Source: an uncultured Lentimicrobiaceae bacterium (GTDB taxonomy: Bacteria > Bacteroidota > Bacteroidia > Bacteroidales > 4484-276). From it: DNA of 64,000 bases. The stretch is taken from contig CAZGAO010000015.1 of NCBI GenBank assembly GCA_964523795.1, positions 1,695 through 65,694 on the forward strand, in the 5' to 3' direction. The position numbers and the translations under genes are program-made. How positions within the stretch are numbered: position 1 is the first letter of the stretch; every line of letters starts with the position of its first letter. This document shows, piece by piece, positions 1-8,992 of the stretch. The notes under the pieces are model-generated. The model was not told the origin of the DNA. It worked only from the letters and a program-made list of their open reading frames with translations, and ran no database searches.

Positions 1-20
1 TTGAAGTAATAAACAACGAA

Positions 21-157
21 GGCACAAAACGCGATATAAAACATTGGGGGATAAGTGATTGTTCGAACTTCAATACTCGCATCAAAGTTTATTGTGTTTT
101 GATAGTGAAGAGGCTCCGAAACCCCCCAACGCTTCATACACAAACCCTGCCGCCAAC
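21..157. other. Decayed attC-like (gene-cassette) site candidate
   Basis: ggcacaaaac...acattggggg (21-50) and ccccccaacgcttcatacac (122-141) form an imperfect inverted repeat with a long AT-rich spacer; both expected core sites (RYYYAAC, GTTRRRY) are degenerate. Confidence 0.3.
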
Positions 158-186
158 CACCCCAAGCCCTTGCAAAATAAAAAGTA

Positions 187-1243
187 ATGCGTAAGAAGAA
201 AGCAATAGAAAGATTACGGGAATCTTATGGAAAACAAAAGGAAGATGATTTTGATTTCGGGCTGATAGCGAAGTATTTCAGGAATAAAGATAATTCGGAT
301 TCTTATCAGGTTTTGTCTAATAAAACATGTAATGACCTGGATTTTGAAGAATTGTTTATGCTTATCGACAGAAGCAATTCAAAGGTTGGACAACAATTTT
401 TGTATAATCAGTTGCGAAATATTCATTCAAATTCCAGCAGATTGGAGTTGAGAGAAAAGATTATCAGAAAATTCTCTGAAGAATCTGATTTTAGAATTGA
501 AACTCAACGACAGCTTGAAAAGTTGAATAAAGACGATGCCTATTATATCACTTCACTTTTTCAGGAGGAACATACGAAAGCCCCCAAATGGTTTTTTGTA
601 ATTCGGCTCTTATCATTTACAAGTTTGCTTTCTTTACTATTGATACCGTTTCATTCGCAACTGGCATTTGTTCTGATTGGCGTGTTTATCGTAAACCTTG
701 CTATTCATTACTGGAATAAGAAAAATCTATACCAATATCTTGGCTCAATTCCTCAACTTCTTCGCCTGAATAGTTTGGCTTCTAATTTTCACAAAGAAAA
801 AACCTTTGTTGAATGATAAGAGCTACTATTTTGAGGAAGTTCTGACGATAAAAGAAATGATAGACAGAAGCACCAATGAAAAACCTAATCTCTTTCTGTT
901 GGATGAGATTTTTAAAGGGACAAACACGATCGAGCGAATTTCCGCAGGGAAAGCCGTACTTTCATCACTTTCAAAAAACAACAATATTGTATTTGTTTCA
1001 AGCCACGATATTGAGTTAACAGATATGTTAGATAAAGAATTTGAATTGTATCATTTTAGCGAAATAGTGAATGAAAAAAACGTTGATTTTGATTTCAAAC
1101 TTAAAGAAGGTAAACTGAAAAACAGAAATGCCATTCGGATACTTCAAATTAACGATTACCCTATTGATTTGATAAATGAGGCGATTGATATTTCAAAAAA
1201 GCTCGATAAAATTACGATGGCCAACAAGCAAAATAAATGCTGA
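187..1243 (+). pseudogene. MutS-related (domain V ATPase) membrane protein split in two frames (187-816, 806-1243) with a probable large internal deletion
   Basis: N-fragment has the TM hairpin typical of this family; C-fragment has Walker B LFLLDEIFKGTN and VSSHD; no Walker A anywhere; combined about 350 aa, shorter than intact members as I recall them. Confidence 0.75.
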
Positions 1244-1382
1244 ACAGTTCGCAGCCTAAATTATTTATGGCTTGCTAAAAAAAGCCTAACACTTTGACAA
1301 TTAGTTCATCATGGTAATTTTTAATGGAGCTAATTGCAAGGATATTCGCTTTAGCGCTCAATAAACCTTGCATTTAATATCA

Positions 1383-1609
1383 CGGTGCTCTGCACCTTGC
1401 ACCCACGTGCTAATCGTTTACTACAAATATGTCGGTGCGCTGCACCTTTTATGATTCTATTATTTGATAATGCAAATAAAAGCAGGATGCTATAAAGCGG
1501 CAGAGCCGCGTAATATGCCGCCCATAGGGCGAGCATGCTCGATTTTCAATCGGCATTTGTAGAATAAACGGCATCGCAGACGCCCAAAGGTGCAGCGCAC
1601 CGAAATATT
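1383..1609. repeat. REP-like cluster (CGGTGC-N3-GCACC family)
   Basis: cggtgctctgcacct 1383-1397; ctacaaatatgtcggtgcgctgcacct 1421-1447; inverted copy aggtgcagcgcaccgaaatatt 1588-1609. Confidence 0.75.
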
Positions 1610-1721
1610 ATCATTTTGAGTTTTTCAGCAGACCTTTTTATAAAACACAAGTTGCAAGCCTGTCATTTTATATTTTATTTTTGTTCGCTAAATCGAAATT
1701 TTTGACAAATGTTGATGCCCG

Positions 1722-2021
1722 ATGAAACAATGGATCGCAATTAAGCCTGAACACAAAAAATACATCAGACTGGTGGTCGGCATCATAATCCTGTTGCTTG
1801 GTGCTGTATTTATGCTGGTTCCTTTTATCCCCCTGGGTTACATATTTGTATTTGCAGGCTTATTTTTGTTAGCAAACTATGTCCCCTTTCTACGAAAAAT
1901 TGTTGATAAACTAAAAAAGAAAGACAAGAAGGGACGGGTAAAAAAGGTGGAAGAAAAAATAAACGAAGCTGAAGAGAAAATAGATGAAGAGCTTGTTGAT
2001 GACCGAAATAATCAAATATAA
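1722..2021 (+). CDS. Small membrane protein (two TM segments, PGPGW-like PFIPLG motif, charged tail)
   Basis: ORF 99 aa; hydrophobic hairpin then Lys/Glu-rich tail. Confidence 0.7.
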   Translation: MKQWIAIKPEHKKYIRLVVGIIILLLGAVFMLVPFIPLGYIFVFAGLFLLANYVPFLRKIVDKLKKKDKKGRVKKVEEKINEAEEKIDEELVDDRNNQI

Positions 2022-2027
2022 ACTAAG

Positions 2028-2354
2028 ATGATACCAAAAGAAGTAAAAGAAGAAGTTTTGAAAATCGTAGATGAATTCAATAACGATGAATTGGATTTGA
2101 TTAATGATTTTTACAGATTTGTTGCAGAATTTAGAGGTAAATACCTTTACCTAAAGACTATGAAATATGACAGGGTTTCGCCGATAGCCCGACTAAAATA
2201 TTTGGGGGATATGAATAAGTGGGACTTCGCTATTTACAGGTACAGCTCCGAAAAATATGATGCGGAGGAATGTCTTTTCCCGGGATTTGAATGTCTTGAC
2301 GGAACCATCAGAGGAGCACTACTTGCCGGCAATACGGCCTATCCTCCCATGTGA
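2028..2354 (+). CDS. Conserved hypothetical protein (DUF3024-like)
   Basis: ORF 108 aa 6 nt after the previous stop; FRGKYLYL...PIARLKY...KWDFAIYRYS pattern. Confidence 0.65.
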   Translation: MIPKEVKEEVLKIVDEFNNDELDLINDFYRFVAEFRGKYLYLKTMKYDRVSPIARLKYLGDMNKWDFAIYRYSSEKYDAEECLFPGFECLDGTIRGALLAGNTAYPPM

Positions 2355-2417
2355 ATGCCTTGAAAAGTAGCATTGCTTTCATCTGGAAAAGGATTTGTCT
2401 TGAAAAAATTTAACATT

Positions 2418-3449
2418 ATGAAAAAGAAACAAACCAAACGAATACTCAGAATCGTATTTATTATCGCAAGCATAAGTTCCTTGTATTTCGTACCATGGAT
2501 TTTGGTAAGGGCATGGTTAGCACCGTTACCCGATACAGTGCAGGAACAAGTAGATGAAGCCATTGGGCTTGGCTTTGACGGTATGATTGTTTATTTGGAT
2601 GAAGCTGGCAAGCCACCAGCATTTTATGCCGCTGGCTGGCACGACCGAAAAAACAAAATACCTGCCTATCCGCAAGCCTTATTCAAGATTGCCAGCATCA
2701 GCAAGTTGTATGTCGCGGTTGCTATTACAAAGCTAGCCCATGACCAGCGTTTGTCGTTGGATAAAACGCTTGCCGAATATTTTCCGGAACTTGTGGGAAG
2801 AATTGAGAATGCAGAAAAAATTACTTTGAGAATGATGGTTCAGCACCGAAGTGGCATTCCCAACTTAACCGACAATCCTGGCTTTTGGGAAAATCCACCT
2901 AAAAGCAGCGAAGAAGCACTTGGATACGCACTTGATTTGCCGGCGAACTTTGAACCCGGTGAAGATTATGGATATTCAAACACGAATTATTTGTTGCTTT
3001 CCGAAATCATTGATGAATTGGTGGGCTATAGCCATCATCAATACATCAAGGAGGAAATGCTGATACCACTTGAGCTGAACAATACTTTCGCCTCGATTGA
3101 TGAGGTGGATATCGACGATGTTATGAGTGGCTATTATGTGGGTTTTGAGGACGATTTAAAGACTGAAGATAATGGAATGTTAGCCACAGCAGAAGATGTG
3201 GGCATATTCTTGCGGGCATTAAACGATGGCTCAGTGTTTGACGAAGGGGAACAGGAAATCTATTCCTCCATCTACGTTTACGAACATACAGGTCTGGTTC
3301 CCGGCTACCAGAGCGTTGCAAAATACCACAAAGACATGGATGCTGTTGTTATTCAATTTACAAATACGACCAATTTTGATGGATACAACTGGAATTTATC
3401 GGAAATCGTTTATGGTCGTATTGTAAAAATATTGAGAAATAGAAAATAA
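2418..3449 (+). CDS. Serine hydrolase, beta-lactamase/PBP class C family, N-terminal membrane anchor
   Basis: SxxK (SISK), YxN (YSN), HTG motifs; ATG at 2418 preferred over 2373. Confidence 0.9.
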   Translation: MKKKQTKRILRIVFIIASISSLYFVPWILVRAWLAPLPDTVQEQVDEAIGLGFDGMIVYLDEAGKPPAFYAAGWHDRKNKIPAYPQALFKIASISKLYVAVAITKLAHDQRLSLDKTLAEYFPELVGRIENAEKITLRMMVQHRSGIPNLTDNPGFWENPPKSSEEALGYALDLPANFEPGEDYGYSNTNYLLLSEIIDELVGYSHHQYIKEEMLIPLELNNTFASIDEVDIDDVMSGYYVGFEDDLKTEDNGMLATAEDVGIFLRALNDGSVFDEGEQEIYSSIYVYEHTGLVPGYQSVAKYHKDMDAVVIQFTNTTNFDGYNWNLSEIVYGRIVKILRNRK

Positions 3450-3592
3450 CAACCGCTAACAAAACTTAAACGCATCAGCTACTGAGGCATGCTGTTACTC
3501 ATAGCCAGACGGAAGCATAGGAAAAATATGTTTAATACGCTTACCAGTATCCAGCAACATCTGCCTTTTTAGCCCTGGACAGAAGTAAGTAT

Positions 3593-3617
3593 AATCATCC
3601 GATGGCATCGGATGATT
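3593..3617. repeat. REP-like hairpin (ARTCATCCGAT family)
   Basis: aatcatccgat-ggc-atcggatgatt, perfect 11-bp stem. Confidence 0.7.
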
Positions 3618-3632
3618 TGTAATCGAACTGCT

Positions 3633-3658
3633 TTTGTCAGTGAGCCTGTCGAACTGCA
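3633..3658. repeat. REP-like repeat (GTGAGCCTGYCGAAC family), copy 1
   Basis: tttgtcagtgagcctgtcgaactgca; 25/26 identical to 59705-59730. Confidence 0.7.
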
Positions 3659-3685
3659 CTTCGGTTGAGGCTATGAACCTTCTCC

Positions 3686-6628
3686 CTACCCACTCCTCGG
3701 ATCTTCCTGCACGGGCAGCTTGGCCATCTTTTGTACTATTAGGCTGGGGAAGCCGAATTCTTCTTCGATTTTTCCCAGGATTAAATAGATGCCGTGGCCT
3801 CTGAAATTATAATATTTCAGGGAATTGGGGAAGTGTGTGGTGTCGAAAAATTCGCCCTCATCATCGATAAAAGTGCCGAAGTGCATGATTTCGCCCCTGA
3901 CGGTTTTTACATATTTGCGCGTTACCAGCTCGCCAAGCATACGCACGGTTTTACCTATGTTGTCTTTCATCTCCCTTGCTTTTATTTCGCCCCGGAAGCT
4001 GGTTTTGAGTAAATCAAAATAGGTGATGGAAACTGGAAAGCCGATCAGCTCGATCTCATCATAAGCATCTTCGAGGGTGCTGTGAGCCAGTTGCGGCAGC
4101 TCAAACTGCTTGCTGCTGACGCGAAAGAGCGAACTTTGCATCACCTCCTTTTTGCTCTTTCCAAAAAACAAATGCGCATTCCAGAGCAGGCGGCTTTTGC
4201 TGGTGCCGGTAAAGCGCAAGGCTCCGCAGCGGATGAGCAGGATCAGTTGCTCCATGCCGGGGTGTACCCGCTCCATAAAATCTTCGAGGTCGGCATACAC
4301 GCCATGGATGCGGCGCTCCTCAACCATGCGAAGCGCGAGTTTGTATTCCAGGTTTTGGATGTGGATAAGTCCCACGAAAATTTCCTTGCCATAAATCGCA
4401 GTTTTGTAATGGCTGCGGTTGATGCAGGGCAATTCGATTTTTGCGCCGCAGCGGCGGGCTTCGTTAAAATAGACCCACGTTTTGTAGTAGCCGCCAAAGT
4501 TGTTGATTACTGCCGTCATAAACTCCAGCGGGTAATGCGCCTTGAGGTAGAGGCTCTGGAAACTCTCTACCGCGTACGATGCCGAATGGGCTTTTGAAAA
4601 GGCATAGCCGGCAAACGATTCTACCTGCCGCCACACCTCTTTGGTGGTCGCTTCGGGACGACCCAGTTGTTTGGCCTTTTCGTGGAAGCGTTCCACGATG
4701 CGCTGAAACTCTTCCTTGCCGCACACCTTGCCGCTCATGGCACGGCGCAGCACATCCGATTCGGCCAGGTCGAGGCCGGCGTAGTGGTGGCACACTTTCA
4801 GCACATCTTCCTGATAGACCATCACCCCGTAGGTTTCGCGCAGTTGCTGCTCCATCACCGGATGGAAATATTCAAAATCGTGGGGATTGTGAAAGCGGTG
4901 GATATATTCGCGCATCATCCCCGAGCGAGCCACCCCCGGACGGATGATGGAACTCGCCGCCACCAGCGTAAGGTAGTTGTCGCAGTGGAGCTTGGTGAGC
5001 AGCCCGCGCATGGCCGGGCTTTCGATGTAAAAGCAGCCGATGGTCTCCGCATTTTTGAGCTGGCTTTTTACCCGGGCATCTTTTTTAAACTTTCGCACAT
5101 TATGCACATCCACCTCCTCGCCACGGTTGCTCAGGATGATGTCGGCGCATTCTTTAATATGGCCTATGCCGCGCTGGCTCAGGATGTCCATTTTTTCAAA
5201 ACCCAGGTCTTCGGCCACGTACATGTCCCACTGTGTGGTGGGAAACCCCTTGGGCGGCATGTCCAGGGCGGTGTAGCAGGTGATGGGTTCTTCGGAGATA
5301 AGCATACCGCCGGCGTGGATGCTGCGCAGGTTGGGGAAGTCGATCATGCGCGTGGCCAGTCGCAGAATTTGCGTGCTGATGCTGTCGCGGTTCTGGCGGC
5401 GTTCGGGATATTTCACCAGATCATCAATTTCACTTTTGGGCAACCCATAAACTTTGCCCAGCTCGCGCAGGGGCGAGCGGTCTTTAAAGGTGTTGATGGT
5501 TCCCATTAGCGCGGTGTGCCTGCTGCCGTAGCGTTTAAAAATATAATCGATCACCTCATCGCGTTCCTTCCACGAGTAGTCGATGTCGAAGTCGGGCGGG
5601 CTGGTACGCTTGGGGTTGAGAAAACGCTCGAAGTACAAGTCCAGCTCGATGGGATCCACATCGGTAATTTTGAGGCAATAAGCCACTACGCTGTTGGCTC
5701 CGCTGCCCCGGCCTACATGGTAAAAGCCCCGATTCATCGAGTAGCGCACAATATCCCAGGCCATCAAAAAGTAGGACGAAAAGCCCAGCGTATCGATAAT
5801 TTCCAGCTCGTGCCGGATGCGCTGCCGGGCTGTTTTGTTATCCGCACCATAGCGGTAAGCCATGCCATCCAGGGCGAGTTTCTCCAGCAAAATCTTGTCA
5901 TCGTAGCGGCTGCCCGTAAATTCGCGCTTATTTTTTATGGTAGTAAAATCAAAATCAATCTCACAATCGGCGATCATCTTTTCGGTGTTGCGCACGATTT
6001 CGGGATAGTATTCAAAATCCTTGCGTAGCTGATCCGGGCTTTTGGGCATCTCGTCTTTAGCGGCCAGATCGCCAGGCGTGAGCATCGTAAAGAGCGTGTT
6101 TTTGGCAATGGCTCGCAGGTTGCGATGCAGCAGGTAGCCATCTTCATCGGCAAAAGTTACCGGATGGGCGATGATTAGGCGGGAGCGATCGGATGCAAAG
6201 GGCGACGAAACAATCCGGCTTGCTTCTGAAGGCTTGATGCCGATAAACTCGTTTTCGCGGAGCTTTCGTTTGGGACTGCCCGCAAAAGGCCAAATAACAA
6301 ATACATCGTCCAGGTGGCCGGGATCGTCGGGGAGTTCGATTTTGTTGAGGCTGTGCTGCGAATAAAACTCGTTGATGGCTCTGAAACCCTTGTTGTTTTT
6401 GGCAATGCCGATGTAGAGCAATTTCCCCTCACGGCGGAATTCCATCCCCCCGATGGCTTTGATGTCCGCTTTTTTGCAAGCTTTCACAAAGTCGATGGTG
6501 CCGGTGCTGTTGTTGATGTCGGTAAGTGCCATCGCTTCGATGCCGTTTTTTTTGGCTTCGGTCACTAGTGCGTCTATCGAAAGCGTGCCGTAGCGTAAAC
6601 TATAATATGAGTGTGCGTTGAGAATCAA
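3686..6628 (-). CDS. dnaE: DNA polymerase III alpha subunit, short Bacteroidota DnaE2-like type
   Basis: PHP start HSYYSLRYG, GRGSGANS, catalytic PDFDID and KMDIL, QSSLF clamp-motif-like, OB-fold end; 980 aa, TTG start. Confidence 0.92.
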   Translation of the reverse strand: MILNAHSYYSLRYGTLSIDALVTEAKKNGIEAMALTDINNSTGTIDFVKACKKADIKAIGGMEFRREGKLLYIGIAKNNKGFRAINEFYSQHSLNKIELPDDPGHLDDVFVIWPFAGSPKRKLRENEFIGIKPSEASRIVSSPFASDRSRLIIAHPVTFADEDGYLLHRNLRAIAKNTLFTMLTPGDLAAKDEMPKSPDQLRKDFEYYPEIVRNTEKMIADCEIDFDFTTIKNKREFTGSRYDDKILLEKLALDGMAYRYGADNKTARQRIRHELEIIDTLGFSSYFLMAWDIVRYSMNRGFYHVGRGSGANSVVAYCLKITDVDPIELDLYFERFLNPKRTSPPDFDIDYSWKERDEVIDYIFKRYGSRHTALMGTINTFKDRSPLRELGKVYGLPKSEIDDLVKYPERRQNRDSISTQILRLATRMIDFPNLRSIHAGGMLISEEPITCYTALDMPPKGFPTTQWDMYVAEDLGFEKMDILSQRGIGHIKECADIILSNRGEEVDVHNVRKFKKDARVKSQLKNAETIGCFYIESPAMRGLLTKLHCDNYLTLVAASSIIRPGVARSGMMREYIHRFHNPHDFEYFHPVMEQQLRETYGVMVYQEDVLKVCHHYAGLDLAESDVLRRAMSGKVCGKEEFQRIVERFHEKAKQLGRPEATTKEVWRQVESFAGYAFSKAHSASYAVESFQSLYLKAHYPLEFMTAVINNFGGYYKTWVYFNEARRCGAKIELPCINRSHYKTAIYGKEIFVGLIHIQNLEYKLALRMVEERRIHGVYADLEDFMERVHPGMEQLILLIRCGALRFTGTSKSRLLWNAHLFFGKSKKEVMQSSLFRVSSKQFELPQLAHSTLEDAYDEIELIGFPVSITYFDLLKTSFRGEIKAREMKDNIGKTVRMLGELVTRKYVKTVRGEIMHFGTFIDDEGEFFDTTHFPNSLKYYNFRGHGIYLILGKIEEEFGFPSLIVQKMAKLPVQEDPRSG

Positions 6629-6758
6629 TACTAAAATTATAAAATGATTATTATTTAATCAAAAATTAGTTTACAATATAGGTATTTTGTTGATGGTGGG
6701 ATTTTTATTTCATCAATTTTCGTGTGAGGCTTTGCAGGCTACACGGTTTTTTTTTGAC

Positions 6759-6785
6759 CGCAAAGTACGCGGAGGGCGCAAAGGA
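6759..6785. repeat. 9-mer tandem repeat (CGCAAAG family)
   Basis: cgcaaagta cgcggaggg cgcaaagga, with partial complement at 6718-6736. Confidence 0.5.
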
Positions 6786-6821
6786 TTTTTCTGTCGAAAA
6801 TTTAAGAAGAAACATTTGTTT

Positions 6822-7080
6822 GATGTCAGATGTCAGATGTCCGATGTCCGATGTTAGATATCCGATGTGAGATTTAAGATTTAAGATGTCCGCCTCACGG
6901 GTGGCATGGCAATCTTATTTTCTTTCCTTTAACCTTAGTAGAAAAATGATCCCTCATGAAAAATCAACCTTATTAATTTCCAGATTGGATAAGGTTAAGG
7001 GTGTGTTGTTGGCGAATTTTCTACTAAGGTTTTTATCCGAACATCTAAAATCTAAAATCTCCAATCTCCGATCTGAAATC
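6822..7080. repeat. Element A1: GAT 7-mer arm, 99-bp inverted-repeat core, complementary ATC 7-mer arm
   Basis: 10 GATNNNN units 6822-6891; core accttagtagaaaa 6932-6945 / ttttctactaaggt 7017-7030; 6 NNNNATC units 7039-7080. Confidence 0.85.
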
Positions 7081-7123
7081 AAAAACCCATCGTCAAATAA
7101 AAGAAATGCAGCGGGAATAATTC

Positions 7124-7131
7124 TAATTTTG
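7124..7131 (+). promoter_or_regulatory. Bacteroidota -7 promoter box
   Basis: TAATTTTG matches TAnnTTTG, 22 nt before ATG 7154. Confidence 0.55.
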
Positions 7132-7153
7132 CTCCCTAAAATTTTTAATATCC

Positions 7154-8221
7154 ATGCGAGAAATTATTTGTTTGTTTGGCTTGTCGATTCTCATATCTAA
7201 CGGCTTTGCCTTTGGTCAGGCTCAGGAGCTGCCCCGGATTTATCGGTGTGTAAAAACGGAACAGCCGTTAACGATTGATGGTCGTGCCGGGGAAGCAGCC
7301 TGGAAAAAGGCACGATGGACCAAAGATTTTGTGGACATCGAAAGCCGCCTGAAGCCAGCACCCGAGTTTCGTACACGCATAAAAATGCTGTGGGACGAAA
7401 ACGGGCTTTATATTTTTGCTGAATTGGAAGAGCCGCATATCTGGGCTAAGCTAAGTGAACGCGACCAGATTATTTATCACGACAACGATTTCGAGGTTTT
7501 TATCGATCCGGACGGCGACTATCACAATTATTTCGAGCTTGAAATCAATGCCCTCGGTACAGCTTTCGATTTGTTTATGAACCGACCCTACAACGCCGGT
7601 GGCCGCGCCTTGATTGGCTGGGATATTGCCGACCTTCAAACAGGAATATTTGCTGACGGAACCATCAACCAGCCCGATGATATCGACACGGCCTGGTGCG
7701 TAGAAATAGCTATTCCCTGGAAATCGTTGCAAGAGTTTGCGCCCCGCCGACAGCCACCACAAACCGAGGATATTTGGCGGATGAATTTTTCGCGCGTGCA
7801 ATGGGAAACCAAAATTGTGAAAGGCAAATACAAAAAACTAATGAACCCGGATAGCGGAAAGCCTTTGCCCGAGAGTAATTGGGTGTGGTCGCCCCAGGGG
7901 GCCATCAATATGCACCTGCCCGAAAAATGGGGATATGTTGTTTTTGCGAACCTGCCTGCCGACACCATTTTAACTATTGCCGATGTGGATCCTTATTTTA
8001 AAATAAAACAACAATTGCTGAATTTGTATCAACAGCAAAAAGATTTTTATAAACACAGGCAAAGGTATGCCTCCAGCCTTTACGAATTGAATAAGCAGGG
8101 ACGTAGTTCCGAAAATACCGTTCTTATCCAAGCTACCAGCTGGCAGTTTTTAATTTCGATCACCAGCGAAGATGGGAAGCGTTTATTTATCGACCACGAA
8201 AAAAGAATTTGGATGGAGTAG
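7154..8221 (+). CDS. Carbohydrate-binding family 9-like (DOMON-like) secreted protein
   Basis: Signal peptide; IDG...W, D.FEVFIDPD, YFELEINALG, W.MNFSRVQW, WVWSPQG motifs. Confidence 0.85.
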   Translation: MREIICLFGLSILISNGFAFGQAQELPRIYRCVKTEQPLTIDGRAGEAAWKKARWTKDFVDIESRLKPAPEFRTRIKMLWDENGLYIFAELEEPHIWAKLSERDQIIYHDNDFEVFIDPDGDYHNYFELEINALGTAFDLFMNRPYNAGGRALIGWDIADLQTGIFADGTINQPDDIDTAWCVEIAIPWKSLQEFAPRRQPPQTEDIWRMNFSRVQWETKIVKGKYKKLMNPDSGKPLPESNWVWSPQGAINMHLPEKWGYVVFANLPADTILTIADVDPYFKIKQQLLNLYQQQKDFYKHRQRYASSLYELNKQGRSSENTVLIQATSWQFLISITSEDGKRLFIDHEKRIWME

Positions 8222-8230
8222 GGTTATTTT

Positions 8231-8490
8231 GTTCTTTTTTCTTGATGAAAAAGAACCAAAAAATCAAGGCTTCATAAAAATTTCTTGTTTTCTACGGCTC
8301 GGATTCTCCTGCGCGATACAAGCCTCGCCACCACAAAATCCCACGCTGGCTTCTGTATCGCTCCACATGCCCTTGCAAGAATCCTCAGCTCAAAAACCAG
8401 CGAAATTTTTATAAGGCCGATCCTCTCCAGTGAATGCTACATGGCCTCGAAAAAAATTCGTTGCCCGCTCCCAAAAAAAAAATTCGAGGA
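8231..8490. other. Structured intergenic element (about 260 nt; ncRNA or miniature element)
   Basis: gttcttttt/aaaaagaac hairpin 8231-8256; tcataaaaatttc about 8272-8284 pairs with gaaatttttataa 8402-8414; cctcgaa/ttcgagg stem downstream. Confidence 0.5.
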
Positions 8491-8672
8491 CATGCAATCT
8501 TGCAGGCCAACGCACCGAGAATTCGCTGGGGATGGGCTTATATACTTTAAACCATCGGTTTGTATCTTTATAGTGCTAAGTAAAAATCTTTTGTAAGCTT
8601 CCTCCTGGGAAAGTGGGTTTGTATGAATTGCTACGGGTATAAGGAATGTAGTTTATACAGATGAAACTGATT

Positions 8673-8733
8673 GAATTGCCGCAGGGCTTTAGCCTGCGGG
8701 TCAAATGAGCGGATGATATTTGGGCTTTAGCCC
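8673..8733. repeat. REP-like hairpins (GAATTG + GGCTTTAGCC family)
   Basis: gaattgccgcagggctttagcctgcggg 8673-8700 and gggctttagccc 8722-8733. Confidence 0.75.
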
Positions 8734-8939
8734 GGATTCTTTGGAGTTTTTGTTTTGATGTTTTCGGAAATCTGGAATAATTAGAAACAAATGATTTAAG
8801 CGTTTCCTCAAAAATTATGTGCCATTAATGAATTAATATGTTGTCATGCGCTTATGATTTTTTCGGCAAATCAAAAAGGGACTTGCCGGGAGGACGTGGG
8901 AATCTGCTAATCTAAATACAGCGCAAAACCATATTTACT

Positions 8940-8947
8940 TACCTTTG
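8940..8947 (+). promoter_or_regulatory. -7 promoter box of RND operon
   Basis: TACCTTTG 45 nt before ATG 8993. Confidence 0.55.
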
Positions 8948-8992
8948 CGCGGTTTTTATTTTGATAAATATTACAAATTAAACTTTGCACCT

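Noticed and set aside
795-816. Programmed frameshift joining the MutS-like fragments
   Set aside because: The joined product would still lack Walker A and a large middle part.
6655-6669. Bacteroidota SOS box upstream of dnaE2
   Set aside because: Spacing does not match the motifs I recall (GGA-N5-TCC, CTAA-N5-TTAG); AT-rich palindrome could be chance.
6822-6891. Possible CRISPR array in tandem-repeat regions
   Set aside because: Units are 7 nt with no spacers; no 25-45-nt repeats with unique spacers and no cas genes.
6886-7200. ORFs 6886-7200 and 16601-16795 sharing LSRKMIP..KSTL
   Set aside because: Similarity comes from the repeated DNA core; start context and C-termini differ; treated as non-coding.
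8172-8596. Two overlapping short ORFs
   Set aside because: They lie across a structured repeat and lack protein-like features.
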